Below the pieces are notes generated by a model. That model did not search any database, was not told where the DNA came from, and saw nothing but the letters and a program-made list of their open reading frames with translations. 64,000 nt of DNA, taken from positions 14,851 through 78,850 of the forward strand of contig CAYMEY010000008.1 of assembly GCA_964389795.1 (NCBI GenBank), given 5' to 3'. This stretch comes from an uncultured Alcanivoracaceae bacterium. Its GTDB lineage: Bacteria > Pseudomonadota > Gammaproteobacteria > Pseudomonadales > Alcanivoracaceae. The stretch's first letter is position 1; every line of letters starts with the position of its first letter. Below, one piece after another: positions 41,309-50,205 of this stretch. A program made the translations under genes and the position numbers.

Positions 41309-41338
41309 CAAAAACGGGGCCATTGGCCCCGTTTTTGT
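41309..41338. terminator. Bidirectional rho-independent terminator
   Basis: AAAAACGGGGCC-ATT-GGCCCCGTTTTT, between the convergent LTA-synthase-like gene and dolP. Confidence 0.88.
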
Positions 41339-41351
41339 GTTCCGGTATGAG

Positions 41352-42508
<1,157 letters not shown>

Positions 42509-42880
42509 TTATCCGTCTCCGTAAAATGCATTCTGTATCCACTCGGGAGTGGAGGTGTCACTTGTCAGTGCCAGCACGTCGAAGCGACAGGGTTGCTGTG
42601 CCTGATGTGGGTGGCGCGCCAGATACATCTGGGCCGCCCGCACCAGTTTGTGTTGTTTACTGGTGGTCACCGATGCCAGCGCGCCGCCATATTGCTGATC
42701 ACGCCGCAGGCGCACCTCAATAAAGACCAGCGTGTCGCCATGCTGCATGATCAGATCGATTTCGCCAAGCCGACAATGCCAGTTCCGCGCAAGCAGCGTC
42801 AGGCCCTGCTTGCCAAGCCAGTCGCAGGCGCGCTGCTCGGCGCGATCACCGTGTTGCCGGCGCGACCACGGCCGGGCCAA
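42509..42880 (-). CDS. yraN: UPF0102 endonuclease-like protein YraN
   Basis: GEIDLIM...LVFIEVR...SKQHKL...RFDVLA matches E. coli YraN. The only plausible start is TTG 42880, inside the lpoA 3' end. The 245-aa track ORF is an artefactual extension. Confidence 0.82.
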   Translation of the reverse strand: MARPWSRRQHGDRAEQRACDWLGKQGLTLLARNWHCRLGEIDLIMQHGDTLVFIEVRLRRDQQYGGALASVTTSKQHKLVRAAQMYLARHPHQAQQPCRFDVLALTSDTSTPEWIQNAFYGDG

Positions 42881-44714
42881 GGGTTTCCACTCCGCTGCCG
42901 CGCACCACCGGCATGCGCTGGGGGACGCCGCTGCTGAAATAGGCCCACTGCAGATGTCGCTGCAGACGACGGCCTTCGCCAACACTGAGCTGTCCGGTGA
43001 CGCCGGGCAGGAAGCTGTCAGGGACGGATTGCAGCATGCCCAGACGCGCGTGCAGGCGGTAGGCATCCACGCCCATGGCAAACAGGCGTTCATAGCGGCC
43101 ATGGCCGCCTTGCCAGACCGCCCGCGCGTCGCGGTGCAAGGGAGAGTCCTGGTCCAGCAGCCAGGGCACATCGACAAAGCGAATGCCATTGAGGTCGCGA
43201 TCCACCCCCGGCGACGGCTCGCCGCTGTAAACCTGTGAGGTGGCAAACACCGGCAGATTGGACGCGTAGTTGAAGTTCAGCGCCGGTTTCAACTGACGGG
43301 CCTGTGCGGCGCTGGCCACCAGAAAGACAATATCGATGTCCTGACGGCGGCGCGGCTCGAATTCGATCTTCAGGGAGGTGAAGCGTTGCAGCGCCCTCGC
43401 GCGGCCCTGGCTTTGGCCAAGGTCGAGCATGGCGCGGGTGGCGCCGGTGGCGTCATCGCCAAATGCTGCGCGCGCGGTCACGATGCCGCCGAGTTCTTCA
43501 AAGCGGGCGCGAAATGCCTCGGCCACGCGCGCGCCCCAGTCACCCTCGGGATAGAGCACCGCGGCCAGACGTGCGCCTTCAATGATGGCCTGTTCGGCGG
43601 CCTGACGCGCTTCATCTTCCGGCGCCAGTCCAAACTGATAGAGGTTGGTTGGCGTCTCGGCTTGCTCCACATAATTCAGCGCCAGCGTTGGCGCCGGCAG
43701 ACTGCTGGCACTGGCCAGACGATTGACCTGGTCCTTGTCGAGCGGGCCGACAATCAGCTGTGCGCCGGCAGCAATGGCGTGGTTATAGAGATTGATGATG
43801 TCGTCGCTGGCGCTGTCATAAAACAGGATCTGTGGCACCGGGTAACCTTGTGACAACGCGCTGTAATAGGCCGTCATCAAGCCGTCGCGCACAGCCCCCG
43901 CTGCGGCAGCCAGAGGACCACTCACAGGCAGCATCACGGCAATCGCCTTGGGTCGATCTTTTACCGCCTTGCGCAACGCCTGCACCATGCCGGGCAGATT
44001 CTCCGCCGCCGGATGCGCAGGCCACTGCGCTTGCCAGTCGTCAAAGCTCTTGATCTGGGTGTCGATATCGGTCAGCGGATCACGGTACAGGCTGGCCAGT
44101 TCCAGCCAGCCGCTGAGCAGGAACTGTTTGTGATCCTCGCGTGCCTGTTCCAGTTCAGTAGCCGGCATCAGCATCAACTGCATCCATATCATCTGGCGGT
44201 TGTAGCTGCTTTTTTCCACCGGCAGTTTCTGGTCTGCATTGACGCGCTGGATCAGGCTGGCCAGCAGATCGCCCTTGAGTGTCAGGGCGTCGGCGCGCAG
44301 TAATGACATTGAGGCATTCTCAGCGTCACTGACTTGTTTGGCGGCATTCTGGATATCATCGCGATCCAGCAAAGCGAGTGCTTCATCCGGCTTCTGGTCG
44401 GCCAGCAACAGTTGTGCGTTGAGTTGTGCCCACTGCAGCAACTGCGAGGATGACAATTGCTTTGGCCTGATCCAGTCGAGCATTTGTCGGGTGGCATCCA
44501 GGCGGCCAGCACTCAAGTAGTCGCGTGCCCAGTTCAGGGCCATGACGTTGGACTCGTTCACGCTCATGCGGCCGAGCTCGGACAAGGCGACGTCGGTGGA
44601 GGTGGGTGCCGCCACCACGGTGATGTCGGCGGGCGTTTCAGACACCGGGGTCTGGGCACAGCCATGTATCAGTAACAGCAGGGATACAACAAGCGCGGCG
44701 CGGCAAAGCTTCAT
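42846..44714 (-). CDS. lpoA: Penicillin-binding protein activator LpoA
   Basis: Lipobox LLIHGC, a TPR-like N-domain and a periplasmic-binding-protein-like C-domain. It is divergent from rsmI as in E. coli (yraM/yraL). Confidence 0.9.
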   Translation of the reverse strand: MKLCRAALVVSLLLLIHGCAQTPVSETPADITVVAAPTSTDVALSELGRMSVNESNVMALNWARDYLSAGRLDATRQMLDWIRPKQLSSSQLLQWAQLNAQLLLADQKPDEALALLDRDDIQNAAKQVSDAENASMSLLRADALTLKGDLLASLIQRVNADQKLPVEKSSYNRQMIWMQLMLMPATELEQAREDHKQFLLSGWLELASLYRDPLTDIDTQIKSFDDWQAQWPAHPAAENLPGMVQALRKAVKDRPKAIAVMLPVSGPLAAAAGAVRDGLMTAYYSALSQGYPVPQILFYDSASDDIINLYNHAIAAGAQLIVGPLDKDQVNRLASASSLPAPTLALNYVEQAETPTNLYQFGLAPEDEARQAAEQAIIEGARLAAVLYPEGDWGARVAEAFRARFEELGGIVTARAAFGDDATGATRAMLDLGQSQGRARALQRFTSLKIEFEPRRRQDIDIVFLVASAAQARQLKPALNFNYASNLPVFATSQVYSGEPSPGVDRDLNGIRFVDVPWLLDQDSPLHRDARAVWQGGHGRYERLFAMGVDAYRLHARLGMLQSVPDSFLPGVTGQLSVGEGRRLQRHLQWAYFSSGVPQRMPVVRGSGVETLGPAVVAPATR

Positions 44715-44834
44715 TCAGGTTCGTCTCCGGTCGGCGAAGGCGGTATTGTAGCAGCCCATGGCGCTGCCACTGTATGCCAGCGCACGCTTTTACCTGTCAG
44801 CAGGACAGGATTTGGCCTGTAGAACGGATATTTC

Positions 44835-45683
44835 ATGAGCACTGAGCCCGGCACCCTCTATATCGTCAGCACCCCGATCGGCAATCTCGATGACATCAGC
44901 GCCCGTGCGGTGCAGGTGCTGGGCGAGGTGGATGTGGTGGCGGCGGAGGATACCCGCCACAGTGCCCGGCTGTTGGAGCAGCTTGGCCTGCAAAAGTTTC
45001 TGCTCAGTTATCACGACCACAATGAAGAGGGGCGCAGCGCCGACCTGATCCGCCGGCTTGCCGCGGGTGAGAGGGTGGCGTTGATTTCGGATGCCGGCAC
45101 CCCCCTGATCAGCGACCCGGGCTACCGGCTGGTGCATGACTGCCAGCAGGCCGGCATCCGTGTGGTGCCGATCCCTGGAGCTAGCGCGGTGCTGTCTGCT
45201 TTGGTGGTGTCCGGGTTGCCGAGCGACCGCTTCAGCTTCGAGGGCTTTGCCCCGGCCAAAGGTGCGGCGCGGGAAACCTTCCTGCGTCGTATCGGCGCCT
45301 CCGCCACCACCAGCATCCTCTATGAAGCGCCGCATCGCATACTGACCCTGCTGGAATCGTTGGCAGCGATTGTCGAGCCGGAACGGGATCTGGTGCTGTG
45401 CCGTGAGCTGACCAAACGCTTTGAGACGGTATTGCGTGGCACGGCTTCCGAGTTGCTGGACAAGGTCCGCGCCGACAGCGACCAGCAGCGTGGTGAAATG
45501 GTGTTGCTGGTGGCGCCAGCTGCTGTCCAGCAGGAAACCGATCAGCAGCTGGAAAAGCTCGGTCGTCTACTGCTGGAGGAATTGCCCTTGTCCCGCGCCG
45601 CCCGCGTGCTGGCCGGCTGGAGTGGCCGCAAGCGCAACGACGTCTATCGGTTGCTGGAGCAGTGGGGCGGCAAAAGCGAGTGA
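44835..45683 (+). CDS. rsmI: 16S rRNA (cytidine1402-2'-O)-methyltransferase RsmI
   Basis: LYIVSTPIGNLDDIS...AAEDTR...SDAGTPLISDPG tetrapyrrole-methylase-fold motifs. Confidence 0.95.
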   Translation: MSTEPGTLYIVSTPIGNLDDISARAVQVLGEVDVVAAEDTRHSARLLEQLGLQKFLLSYHDHNEEGRSADLIRRLAAGERVALISDAGTPLISDPGYRLVHDCQQAGIRVVPIPGASAVLSALVVSGLPSDRFSFEGFAPAKGAARETFLRRIGASATTSILYEAPHRILTLLESLAAIVEPERDLVLCRELTKRFETVLRGTASELLDKVRADSDQQRGEMVLLVAPAAVQQETDQQLEKLGRLLLEELPLSRAARVLAGWSGRKRNDVYRLLEQWGGKSE

Positions 45684-45713
45684 CATCGGCGCCGCCGGTG
45701 CTAGACTGCGCCC

Positions 45714-46086
45714 GGGCCGGCCAGACAGTCGCTGGTAGCGCATGCTACTGGAGGAAAGTCCGGGCTCCACAGGGCAGGGTGCCAGGTAACGCCTGGGGGT
45801 CACACTGGTGACGGTGTGATCACGGCAAGTGCAGCAGAGAACATACCGCCGATGGCTGCCTTTCTTCGGAAAGTCCGCACAGGTAAGGGTGAAAAGGTGC
45901 GGTAAGAGCGCACCGCGCTTTTGGCAACAAAAGCGGCAGGGTAAACCCCACCCGGAGCAAGACCAAATAGGGTTCCAATGGCGTGGCCCGCGCTGGAACC
46001 GGGTAGGTCGCTAGAGGTGTGTGGTGACACACATCCCAGATGAATGACTGTCCACGACAGAACCCGGCTTATCGGCCGGCCCACTA
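45714..46086 (+). ncRNA. rnpB: RNase P RNA, bacterial type A
   Basis: P1 helix GGGCCGGCC...GGCCGGCCC. The universal blocks GGAGGAAAGTCCGGGCTCCA, AGGGTGAAA..GTGCGGTAAGAGCGCACC and ACAGAACCCGGCTTA are nearly identical to E. coli M1 RNA. The ends are approximate (about +/-5 nt). Confidence 0.97.
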
Positions 46087-46128
46087 TTTATCCAGTTAAG
46101 GGGTAAGCCCTCTTTATCCCTCTCGTAC

Positions 46129-46362
46129 TCAGGTGTGCAGGATCGACAGCAGATCCTGCGCATGCAGTGCTGCCTTGCGTCCGAGCTCGGTCAGGTAGCC
46201 GCCGTCGGCCTGGGTGGTCAGTCCCTTCTCAAACAGACGCTGCGCTGCAGCGATCACCTGAGCATCCGCGGAGGAGTGGATCTTCAGGCCTTCCTGGGTC
46301 GTTGCGAGGTTGTACTGGGCGAGGATATTGAGTTCGTGGCTGAGCTCGGCGGTAAACGGCAT
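46129..46362 (-). CDS. Small hypothetical protein (77 aa)
   Basis: ATG start with a weak AGGGA RBS. Strongly GC3-biased codon usage like neighbouring genes. No motif recognised. Confidence 0.6.
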   Translation of the reverse strand: MPFTAELSHELNILAQYNLATTQEGLKIHSSADAQVIAAAQRLFEKGLTTQADGGYLTELGRKAALHAQDLLSILHT

Positions 46363-46650
46363 GGTCTGTCCCTGTTATTGGTATGGCATCAGTCTACCCC
46401 GGCCGATCACAAAGCCCCACGGCGCTTTGGCGGTGACCAGCGGTATCGGCACCGAGCAGAACAAAGATCATAAAAAGCGCCATCTATATATCCAAATAAT
46501 CTAGAAGTTAATGTGCTTTGTTAGGTGCATCTCCCACCCTTCTGATTAATCGAAGATACCTCACCCGTACCCCCTTCGCGGACCGCCCTGCTCACCGATA
46601 AAATACTGTTTTAAAAGGCTTTTTCCCTACTGACGTGCTACGCCGATTGC

Positions 46651-46680
46651 TTGACTTGCAAATCGGCGCGGCCCTAAAGT
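46651..46680 (+). promoter_or_regulatory. Candidate dcw-cluster promoter (Pmra-like): TTGACT-18 nt-TAAAGT
   Basis: -35 at 46651-46656 and -10 at 46675-46680, about 90 nt upstream of the mraZ ATG and immediately upstream of the GTGGG repeats. Confidence 0.45.
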
Positions 46681-46688
46681 GTCGCATT

Positions 46689-46718
46689 GTGGAGAAAAGT
46701 GGGAACAAGTGGGAACAA
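46689..46718 (+). promoter_or_regulatory. Three tandem 10-bp GTGGG-type repeats (MraZ-box-like operator), distal set
   Basis: GTGGAGAAAA GTGGGAACAA GTGGGAACAA, with exact 10-bp phasing, directly downstream of the predicted -10. Confidence 0.6.
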
Positions 46719-46739
46719 CTAGCCTCTGGAAGGAGTCCA

Positions 46740-46769
46740 GTGGGTATAGGTGGGACCGAGGGGAAGAGC
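46740..46769 (+). promoter_or_regulatory. Second set of 10-bp-phased GTGGG-type repeats, abutting the mraZ start
   Basis: GTGGGTATAG GTGGGACCGA GGGGAAGAGC, then C-ATG (mraZ). The third unit is degenerate and doubles as the RBS. Confidence 0.45.
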
Positions 46770-46770
46770 C

Positions 46771-47214
46771 ATGTTCAGTGGGCGCCACGCGCTCAATCTA
46801 GACGCCAAGGGCCGGTTAGCCGTGCCCACCCGGCAACGCGAGAAGCTCAATGCGTCTTGCGGGGGTCGCGTCGTGCTCACCCAACACCCCATGGATGCCT
46901 GTCTGGTGGTCTACCCGGAGCAGGAGTGGGAGCGCATTGCCGCGCAAGTCGCGTCGCTCAGTGATGCCACCCCGCAGGAGCGTGGTCTCAAGCGTCGTTT
47001 CCTGGGTCAGGCGGTGGAGCTGGAGCTGGACGGCAGTGGCCGCATTCTGGTGCCCACCGAACTGCGTGAACTGATTGGTCTGGACAAGAAAGCGATGCTG
47101 GTGGGAATCCAGCACCGCTTTGAGCTGTGGGCTGAAGAGGCCTGGCTCGCTGAGCAAGCGAAACTGGATATGGCCGAGGCCATGCCGGATTCGATCAAGT
47201 CGCTGGCGTTTTAA
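46771..47214 (+). CDS. mraZ: Transcriptional regulator MraZ
   Basis: MFSGRHALNLDAKGRLAVPTRQR and a second SpoVT/AbrB-like repeat (DGSGRILVPTELR). First gene of the dcw cluster. Confidence 0.96.
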   Translation: MFSGRHALNLDAKGRLAVPTRQREKLNASCGGRVVLTQHPMDACLVVYPEQEWERIAAQVASLSDATPQERGLKRRFLGQAVELELDGSGRILVPTELRELIGLDKKAMLVGIQHRFELWAEEAWLAEQAKLDMAEAMPDSIKSLAF

Positions 47215-47225
47215 CGGATACGACG

Positions 47226-48161
47226 GTGACAGAGCAGAGCACCTTTACACACCAGTCGGTGATGCTGGAGGAGGTCCTTCAGGTGTTGGCGGGTCAGGAC
47301 GGACTGTACATCGATGCCACCTTCGGGCGTGGCGGCCATAGCCGCGCGCTGCTGGCGCGGCTCGGTCCGGATGCGCGCCTGGTCGGCATCGACCGCGACC
47401 CGCAAGCCATCGCCGAAGGACAGACACTGGAGCGGGCCGAGGCCCGCTTCCGCATTGTGGCGGGTCGGTTTGATTGCATTGCCGACATCGTCGCCGAGGA
47501 AAAACTGCCGCTGATGGGCGTGCTGATGGATCTCGGTGTGTCCTCGCCGCAACTGGATGACGCGGCGCGCGGCTTCAGTTTCCTGCGCGACGGGCCGCTG
47601 GACATGCGTATGGATCCCACCAGCGGCGAAAGCGCCGCCGAGTGGCTGGCGCGTGCGGATGAGCAGGACATTGCCAATGTGCTGTACCGCTATGGCGAAG
47701 AGAAAAAGTCCCGGCGCATTGCCCGCGCCATCTGCCAGCAACGCAGCGAGGCGCCGATCACGCGCACCGTGCAGCTGGCGGAATTGATTGCCCAGAATAT
47801 TGGTCGCGCCGAACCCGGCAAGCATCCGGCCACGCGCAGCTTTCAGGCAATCCGGATATTTATCAATCAGGAACTGGAGGCGCTGGAGCTGGCGCTTCAG
47901 CAAGCGGTAGATGCGTTGGCGCCAGGTGGACGTCTGGCGGTGATCAGCTTTCATTCGCTGGAAGATCGTATCGTCAAGCTGCTGATTCGTGATGCCTCCG
48001 GCCGCGCGCCGAAAGCACGCGGCGGTTTGCCAATCGGCGATGAGCAGCCGGTGACCTTAAAGCCGGTGGGCAAGGCGACGCATGCCGGCGATGAAGAAGT
48101 GAGGCACAACCCGCGTGCACGCAGCGCCGTGTTGCGTGTGGCAGAGAAGGTGGTGCACTGA
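47226..48161 (+). CDS. rsmH: 16S rRNA (cytosine1402-N4)-methyltransferase RsmH (MraW)
   Basis: HQSVMLEEVL...DATFGRGGHS...DLGVSSPQLD motifs. Confidence 0.97.
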   Translation: MTEQSTFTHQSVMLEEVLQVLAGQDGLYIDATFGRGGHSRALLARLGPDARLVGIDRDPQAIAEGQTLERAEARFRIVAGRFDCIADIVAEEKLPLMGVLMDLGVSSPQLDDAARGFSFLRDGPLDMRMDPTSGESAAEWLARADEQDIANVLYRYGEEKKSRRIARAICQQRSEAPITRTVQLAELIAQNIGRAEPGKHPATRSFQAIRIFINQELEALELALQQAVDALAPGGRLAVISFHSLEDRIVKLLIRDASGRAPKARGGLPIGDEQPVTLKPVGKATHAGDEEVRHNPRARSAVLRVAEKVVH

Positions 48162-48427
48162 TGCCGGGGCGCGCGCTGGAAGCGGTGCTGGTAGTGCTGA
48201 TTCTGACCTCGGCGCTGGCGGTGAGCTGGACGGTGCATGAGGCCCGTCGCCTGACCAGCCGTGCGCAACAGTTGCAGGCCGAGCAGGATCGTTTGCAGAC
48301 CGAGTGGGGCCAGCTGTTGCTGGAGCACAGTACCTGGGGTTCCTATACGCGCGTCGAACAATTGGCGCGCAACAAACTGAGCATGCAGATGCCCGAAGGT
48401 GGGCAGAAGGTGTTGGTGAAGCCATGA
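48161..48427 (+). CDS. ftsL: Cell-division protein FtsL
   Basis: 88 aa, single TM plus a leucine-zipper-like helix. It lies between rsmH and ftsI, with TGATG overlap at the rsmH stop. Confidence 0.88.
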   Translation: MPGRALEAVLVVLILTSALAVSWTVHEARRLTSRAQQLQAEQDRLQTEWGQLLLEHSTWGSYTRVEQLARNKLSMQMPEGGQKVLVKP

Positions 48428-50205
48428 GCGACAAGCACAGCGTAAAACGCCGTAGCACTGCACGCCGTCAGGTCAGCCGCGTGAGCACCCCGGTTGCCCG
48501 TCGCGATAGCGGCAGCATGCTGAAATTACGCTTCCGCTTTTTGCTCGGTCTGTGGCTGCTGTGTGCGACGCTGCTGGTATGGCGCGCCGTCGACTTGCAA
48601 GTGGTGCAGCACGACTACCTCGCCAATCAGGGCGACAAGCGCAATCTTCGCGAAGAGCCGCTGGCCGCCAATCGTGGCTTGATTACTGACCGTGATGGTC
48701 GGCCACTGGCAGTCAGTACGCCGGTGGTGACCTTGTGGGTGAATCCACGTGAAGCGCTGGAAGCGCGCGAGCACTGGTCACGCCTGCAAAACAACAAGGT
48801 GCTGGATGCCAAGACGCTGGCCAGCAAGGTGACCTCTTATCCGGATCGCGCCTTTATTTATCTGGCGCGTCATCTGGCGCCGGAACAGGCACAGCAGGTG
48901 CTGGATCAGAAAGTGCCGGGCATTTATCCGCTGACCGAATACCGTCGTTATTATCCGGCCGGTGAAGTGACTGCGCATCTGGTCGGCTTTACCAATATCG
49001 ATGACGAAGGCCAGGAAGGTATCGAACTGGCGTTCAACGAGTCCCTGCAAGGCCACACCGGGAGCAAGAAAGTGGTGCGCGATCTGCTTGGTCGTGTGGT
49101 GCAAGATATTGAAATTCTCGAAGAAGCGGTGCCGGGCAAGGATGTACGCCTGAGCATTGATTTGCGTGCCCAGTATGTGGCGTATCGCGAATTGCTGGCG
49201 GCGGTGAATCGCTACAAGGCGAAGGGCGGATCGGTGGTGGTGCTCGATGCGCACACCGGCGAAGTGCTGGCGATGGTCAATCAGCCCGCTTACAACCCGA
49301 ACAATCGCAGCGGCGTCAGCGTGGCAGCGTTGCGCAATCGTGCGGTCACGGATTTGTTTGAGCCGGGCTCCACGGTCAAGCCGTTGACGGTTGCTGCTGC
49401 CCTTGAGCATGGGTTGGTGAAGCCGGGCACTCGAATTGATACCAACCCCGGTACTATTCGTGTCGCCAATAAAACCATTCGCGATCATCGCAATTACGGC
49501 GTCATCGATATCACTACCGTGTTGAGTAAATCCTCAAACGTCGCGACCACCAAGATTGCACTGCAGATGGATCAGCAACTGCTGCCGCAACTGTTCGAAC
49601 AGTTTGGCTTTGGTCATGCCACCGGCATCCAGTTCCCGGGTGAAAGTGATGGTCTGCTGCCATTGCGCAGCAAGTGGCGTGATATCGAAAAAGCGACGCT
49701 GTCGTATGGATACGGTTTGTCTGTCACGGCGCTGCAACTGGCACAGGCCTATGCGGTGCTCGCCAATGATGGCAAGCGCGTACCGCTGTCGCTGCAGCGC
49801 GTTGAGTCGGTACCTGCCGGCGAGCAGGTGATCAGTGCCCAGACCGCTCGCACGCTGGTATCGATGCTGGAAAATGTGGTGGGCGTCGAAGGAACTGCGC
49901 GCGAGGCGGCGGTGTCTGGTTATGAGGTGGCGGGCAAGACCGGCACCGTACACAAGGTGACGGCCAGCGGTTACGCCGATGACCGCTATTTCGGTCTGTT
50001 TGCCGGTGTCGCGCCTGCGCGCGATCCGCGCATTGTTACGGTGGTGGTGATCGACGATCCCCAGGGCGGCGCCTATTACGGCGGTCAGGTCGCGGCACCG
50101 GTATTTTCACGGATCATGTCCGGCGTTTTGCGTACCTTGCAGATCGCGCCGGATTCCAGTCCCGGCATCATTGCCGGTGGCGACGCGCCAGGAGGGCGGA
50201 CATGA
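48424..50205 (+). CDS. ftsI: Peptidoglycan D,D-transpeptidase FtsI (PBP3)
   Basis: ATG 48424 overlaps the ftsL stop (ATGA). It has a TM anchor and the STVKP, SSN and KTGT motifs. Confidence 0.96.
   Translation: MSDKHSVKRRSTARRQVSRVSTPVARRDSGSMLKLRFRFLLGLWLLCATLLVWRAVDLQVVQHDYLANQGDKRNLREEPLAANRGLITDRDGRPLAVSTPVVTLWVNPREALEAREHWSRLQNNKVLDAKTLASKVTSYPDRAFIYLARHLAPEQAQQVLDQKVPGIYPLTEYRRYYPAGEVTAHLVGFTNIDDEGQEGIELAFNESLQGHTGSKKVVRDLLGRVVQDIEILEEAVPGKDVRLSIDLRAQYVAYRELLAAVNRYKAKGGSVVVLDAHTGEVLAMVNQPAYNPNNRSGVSVAALRNRAVTDLFEPGSTVKPLTVAAALEHGLVKPGTRIDTNPGTIRVANKTIRDHRNYGVIDITTVLSKSSNVATTKIALQMDQQLLPQLFEQFGFGHATGIQFPGESDGLLPLRSKWRDIEKATLSYGYGLSVTALQLAQAYAVLANDGKRVPLSLQRVESVPAGEQVISAQTARTLVSMLENVVGVEGTAREAAVSGYEVAGKTGTVHKVTASGYADDRYFGLFAGVAPARDPRIVTVVVIDDPQGGAYYGGQVAAPVFSRIMSGVLRTLQIAPDSSPGIIAGGDAPGGRT

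Noticed and set aside
45800-46084. Three ORFs of 61-94 aa on both strands between rsmI and the small ORF.
   Set aside because: They lie entirely inside the RNase P RNA gene, whose conserved helices explain the sequence.
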